A stretch of DNA of 64,000 nt from Alphaproteobacteria bacterium (lineage in GTDB: Bacteria > Pseudomonadota > Alphaproteobacteria > JAAXGF01). Below, piece by piece: positions 60,861 to 64,000 of this stretch; positions within the stretch are counted from its first letter, which is position 1, and each line of letters begins with the position of its first letter. The notes under the pieces are model-generated. The model was given only the letters and a program-made list of their open reading frames with translations. It was not told where the DNA came from and did no database searches. Both the position numbers and the translations under genes were made by a program. The stretch spans positions 1,888,001-1,952,000 of the forward strand of contig CAUVXB020000001.1 in the NCBI GenBank assembly GCA_963555825.3. The letters run 5' to 3'.

Positions 60861-61951
60861 TCCGGCGGCTCCCCGTCTTGACCGGCGACCGGCGCCGAGG
60901 TTCCCCGGTATAGCGGGCTTTCCGAATAGCGCTCGACAGCGAAGCGCACCAGCACGCCGACGATGGCCGTCATCGGCACCGCGATCAGGATGCCGACGAA
61001 ACCGAACAGCACGCCGCCGGCGAGAATACCGAAGATGACCCAGACGGGATGCAGCCCGACACGGTCGCCGACCAGCTTGGGGGTCAGCACGTTGCCTTCG
61101 AGCACCTGGCCGATGACGAACACGATGGCGACGGCGCCGATACGGACGAAATCGTCGAACTGCAGAAACGCCATGCCGACGCTTGCGATCAGCCCGACGA
61201 TGGCGCCGACGTAGGGAATGAACGAGATGAGGCCGGCAAGAAGGCCGAGAACGAGTGCAAAGTCCAACCCCGTGATCAGCAGGCCGACGACGTAGAAGAC
61301 CGCGAGCGCCAGGCAGACCAACCCCTGGCCGCGGACGAAACCCGCCAGCGTCTCGTCGATCGCCTTGACCTGGGTACGGATGACATCGGCGTGGTCGCGC
61401 GGCAACAACGCGTCGATCCGTTCGACGATGCGGTCCCAGTCGCGCAGCAGGTAAAAGGCGACGATCGGCGTGATGAACAGGAGCGACAGGATGTTGACGA
61501 TCGCCAGTCCCGACTTCCATATATTCTGCACTAGGCCAAGCGCCCATTTCACCAACTGCGCCGTCACGCCTCCGATCGCGTCGCGCACCCGCTGGACATC
61601 CTCGGGATCGAGACGCGCGATCAATGATTCCGACAGCGGCGCGACGATGTCGCTAATCGCGCGGGTGTAGGTGGGGACGCGGGCGATGAAGTCGACGATC
61701 TGCTGGTACAGTAGGGGCAGCAGGAGAACGAAACCGCCGATCGCGATGAGCATGAACAAGACGGTGATAACGACGGTCGCGAGCGTCCGTGACGCGCCCC
61801 ATTCCTCGAACTTGTCGGCCACCGGATCGAGAAAATAGGCGACCGCCATGCCGGCGACGAAGGGCAGCATGATGCCGCTCAGGGCGAACAGACAGATTCC
61901 GAAGACGATCAGGCCGATCGCCCAGAAAAGGAGCTGGTTGCGTAGGGTCAT
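60857..61951 (-). CDS. AI-2E family transporter (PerM-like)
   Basis: LPFVAGMAVAYFLDP, FYLLRDW, IPYVG, LTPKLVGDRVGLHPVW. Confidence 0.93.
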   Translation of the reverse strand: MTLRNQLLFWAIGLIVFGICLFALSGIMLPFVAGMAVAYFLDPVADKFEEWGASRTLATVVITVLFMLIAIGGFVLLLPLLYQQIVDFIARVPTYTRAISDIVAPLSESLIARLDPEDVQRVRDAIGGVTAQLVKWALGLVQNIWKSGLAIVNILSLLFITPIVAFYLLRDWDRIVERIDALLPRDHADVIRTQVKAIDETLAGFVRGQGLVCLALAVFYVVGLLITGLDFALVLGLLAGLISFIPYVGAIVGLIASVGMAFLQFDDFVRIGAVAIVFVIGQVLEGNVLTPKLVGDRVGLHPVWVIFGILAGGVLFGFVGILIAVPMTAIVGVLVRFAVERYSESPLYRGTSAPVAGQDGEPPD

Positions 61952-62493
61952 TCGGCAGGCTCGACGCCGGCGGCGCGGCGCGTCCATTGAACGACGTAAG
62001 CCCCACCGGAAGCGAGCGTCGTTGCGGCGACGACCAAGACCAAGACATCGATCAGCATCGGCAAACCGAGGTCCAGGCCGCCGTTACCCAAAACCACCGC
62101 GGCGAGCACGATTTGCGCCACCGTGTTCACCTTGCTGACCATCAGGGGTTCCATGTCGAGCGATCGCGTCAGCAATCGAAACAGCAGCGCGCCGCCGACG
62201 ATCAGCAGGTCGCGGAACACCACCAGGATGACCAGCCACAACTCCAGCATGCCGTTGCTGCCCAGCGCGGCATAGGTGCCAACCAGCAGGACTTTGTCGG
62301 CGATCGGGTCGAGAAACCCGCCTAAGACCGTCGTCGCTCCCAGTCGCTTGGCAATAAAGCCGTCGACGCCGTCGGAGACAGCGGCAGCCAAAAATAGCCA
62401 GAACGCCGCCGTGATCTCGTTCGAAAGAATGAGCCAGACAACGAGCGGCGCCGAAAACAAACGCGCGAGACTGATGGCGTTGGGAAGGTTCAC
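61948..62493 (-). CDS. CDP-alcohol phosphatidyltransferase
   Basis: [21 protein letters not shown]...GGFLDPIADK. Confidence 0.92.
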   Translation of the reverse strand: MNLPNAISLARLFSAPLVVWLILSNEITAAFWLFLAAAVSDGVDGFIAKRLGATTVLGGFLDPIADKVLLVGTYAALGSNGMLELWLVILVVFRDLLIVGGALLFRLLTRSLDMEPLMVSKVNTVAQIVLAAVVLGNGGLDLGLPMLIDVLVLVVAATTLASGGAYVVQWTRRAAGVEPAE

Positions 62494-63668
62494 TCTACCG
62501 CGGGCCCGTCTGGGATATCCGTGACTTCCGCCGGTACTTCGGCGTTGGGGAGCACCCCGCCACCACGCTCGAGACGCCAGATTCCAATACCTTGGCGAAG
62601 CTCGAGGCCGCTGCTGGCCAAGGCGCCCGAGAGCTGCCGGAGATCGCCCAGAAAATCGATCGTCACCCGCGCCGCCACGGCCGACAGCGCGACGATCTCG
62701 ACGCGTCGGACCAATGCCAGTTCTTCGAGCTTGGCACGGATCTCGAGCCAATCGCGGAAGCTTCCGATCGGGATATCGGCCAGCAGGCTGTCCTCCCGGT
62801 CGAAGCGTAGCAGGTTGGCTTCCTTCCATTCGTCGTCGACCTGAGTGCGGGTCTCCAACGCGGCGGTCGCGAGGATGGCGTCCAATGCCTCCCAGTCCAT
62901 GCCGCTGTACGTCCCGCCACCGATACGCACGCCCTCCGACTGGAACCGGCGCAGCGTTACCCTGATCATCGGCGCGTTGCGCTGCACGTCGAGCACCACC
63001 TCGGCCGCGGCGACGGCAACTTCATCGGCGCCATAGCGTTCGGCGAGTTCGGCGAAGGCGGCGCGGTCACCCCGGTCGGCGCGGCTCGCGTCGACGAGCA
63101 TCAGATCGGCGAGTTCACCGAGTGGCACGACCATGCGCACCAGGCCATCCGACGCCGGCAGGTCGGTCCAGGCCTCGCGCCAGACGTTGCCGTCCTCCCA
63201 CAGGATCGCGCCACCCTCGTCCTGGTAGAGCGGCAAAATAACGATGCGCCTGAGCGGCGTCGCGGCATAGGCAATGCCATGGTCGCGGAACAGTTGGCCA
63301 ACCGACCGATCATTAAAGTGAAATATCAATGATGCCGTGTAACGTACTGCAGATACTTTTTCTTCTGAAACCTCAAAGCTCTTTACGAGGTCAGTGATCG
63401 CGACATCGTCGGGCGTCGGCAGCCGGTTGTGATCGATCGTCGGCACGAGCCGCCGCAGCAACCGTTCGAGTGCGTTGCGCTGGCCGATCGCGAGCGCTTT
63501 GGCGCGCGCCGTGGTGGCGTCGGTCGATGTGACGTCGACGGTGACATTGCTGACACTGAAGGCAGACGCGGCTGTCGCCGCGCCAATGCCGGGACGTGGT
63601 GCGAACAACGCGACACACAGCGCCATCGCGACAACGACAATGGCGACCTGGCGCCGCTTGTGAGCCAT
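62490..63668 (-). CDS. DUF2066 domain exported protein
   Basis: Signal peptide, [24 protein letters not shown]. Conserved position divergent from purM. Confidence 0.8.
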   Translation of the reverse strand: MAHKRRQVAIVVVAMALCVALFAPRPGIGAATAASAFSVSNVTVDVTSTDATTARAKALAIGQRNALERLLRRLVPTIDHNRLPTPDDVAITDLVKSFEVSEEKVSAVRYTASLIFHFNDRSVGQLFRDHGIAYAATPLRRIVILPLYQDEGGAILWEDGNVWREAWTDLPASDGLVRMVVPLGELADLMLVDASRADRGDRAAFAELAERYGADEVAVAAAEVVLDVQRNAPMIRVTLRRFQSEGVRIGGGTYSGMDWEALDAILATAALETRTQVDDEWKEANLLRFDREDSLLADIPIGSFRDWLEIRAKLEELALVRRVEIVALSAVAARVTIDFLGDLRQLSGALASSGLELRQGIGIWRLERGGGVLPNAEVPAEVTDIPDGPAVE

Positions 63669-63750
63669 TGCAAACCGTCCGCGATCAAGTATCTTCGAAT
63701 CGAAGAGCGGCACTATATCGGACATTCGCGCCAAGAGCGAGGGGCCCATT

Positions 63751-64000
63751 ATCGGCATTACATACAAAAAGGCCGGCGTCGACGTCGCCGCTGGCGCCGG
63801 TTTGGTCGAGGCGATCAAGCCGCTCGCACGGTCGACCGCGCGCCCCGGTTCCGAGGCCGCGATCGGTGGATTCGGTGGGCTATTCGACCTCGCCAAGGCG
63901 GGCTATCGCGACCCGCTGCTGGTCGCCGGCACCGACGGCGTTGGGACCAAGCTGAAGATCGCAACGGCGGTCGGCCGCCACGACACCATCGGCATCGACT
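63751..64000 (+). CDS. purM: Phosphoribosylformylglycinamidine cyclo-ligase, 3'-truncated by window edge
   Basis: [34 protein letters not shown]. No canonical start codon in frame. Confidence 0.93.
   Translation, partial: MGITYKKAGVDVAAGAGLVEAIKPLARSTARPGSEAAIGGFGGLFDLAKAGYRDPLLVAGTDGVGTKLKIATAVGRHDTIGID

Overview
High-GC Alphaproteobacterial (Rhodospirillales-like) chromosomal segment. Core blocks: murA-hisG-hisD-UPF0262-arsC-like-infA-maf-rng-yacG between tRNA-Thr and tRNA-Phe; TPP riboswitch-thiBPQ; a cystathionine beta-synthase/gamma-lyase cluster; aroQ-accB-accC-aat; nrdJ with NrdR boxes; aspS; rnd; and DUF2066-pgsA-like-AI-2E-hdaA divergent from purM. An accessory zone at about 25.5-43.9 kb holds four things: (i) a decayed gene-transfer-agent/prophage-like packaging locus with a compact regulatory cascade (S24 repressor, twin GGAA-N2-TTCC operators, GcrA-like zinc-finger gene, frameshifted DUF6362 gene, late promoter and terminator, terS, terL, and a portal deleted through to the lysis genes); (ii) a 4.7-kb cargo bracketed by a 151-bp duplication of the repressor 3' end; (iii) an IS1182-like element nested inside the left end of an IS256; (iv) a KAP NTPase plus NACHT-LRR gene pair whose LRRs alternate a DNA-homogenised half with a hypervariable half, the best candidate for an undescribed immune-like system. 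Six IS elements, a MITE and several small repeat families were delimited by eye. All family assignments come from motif recognition; no searches were run.
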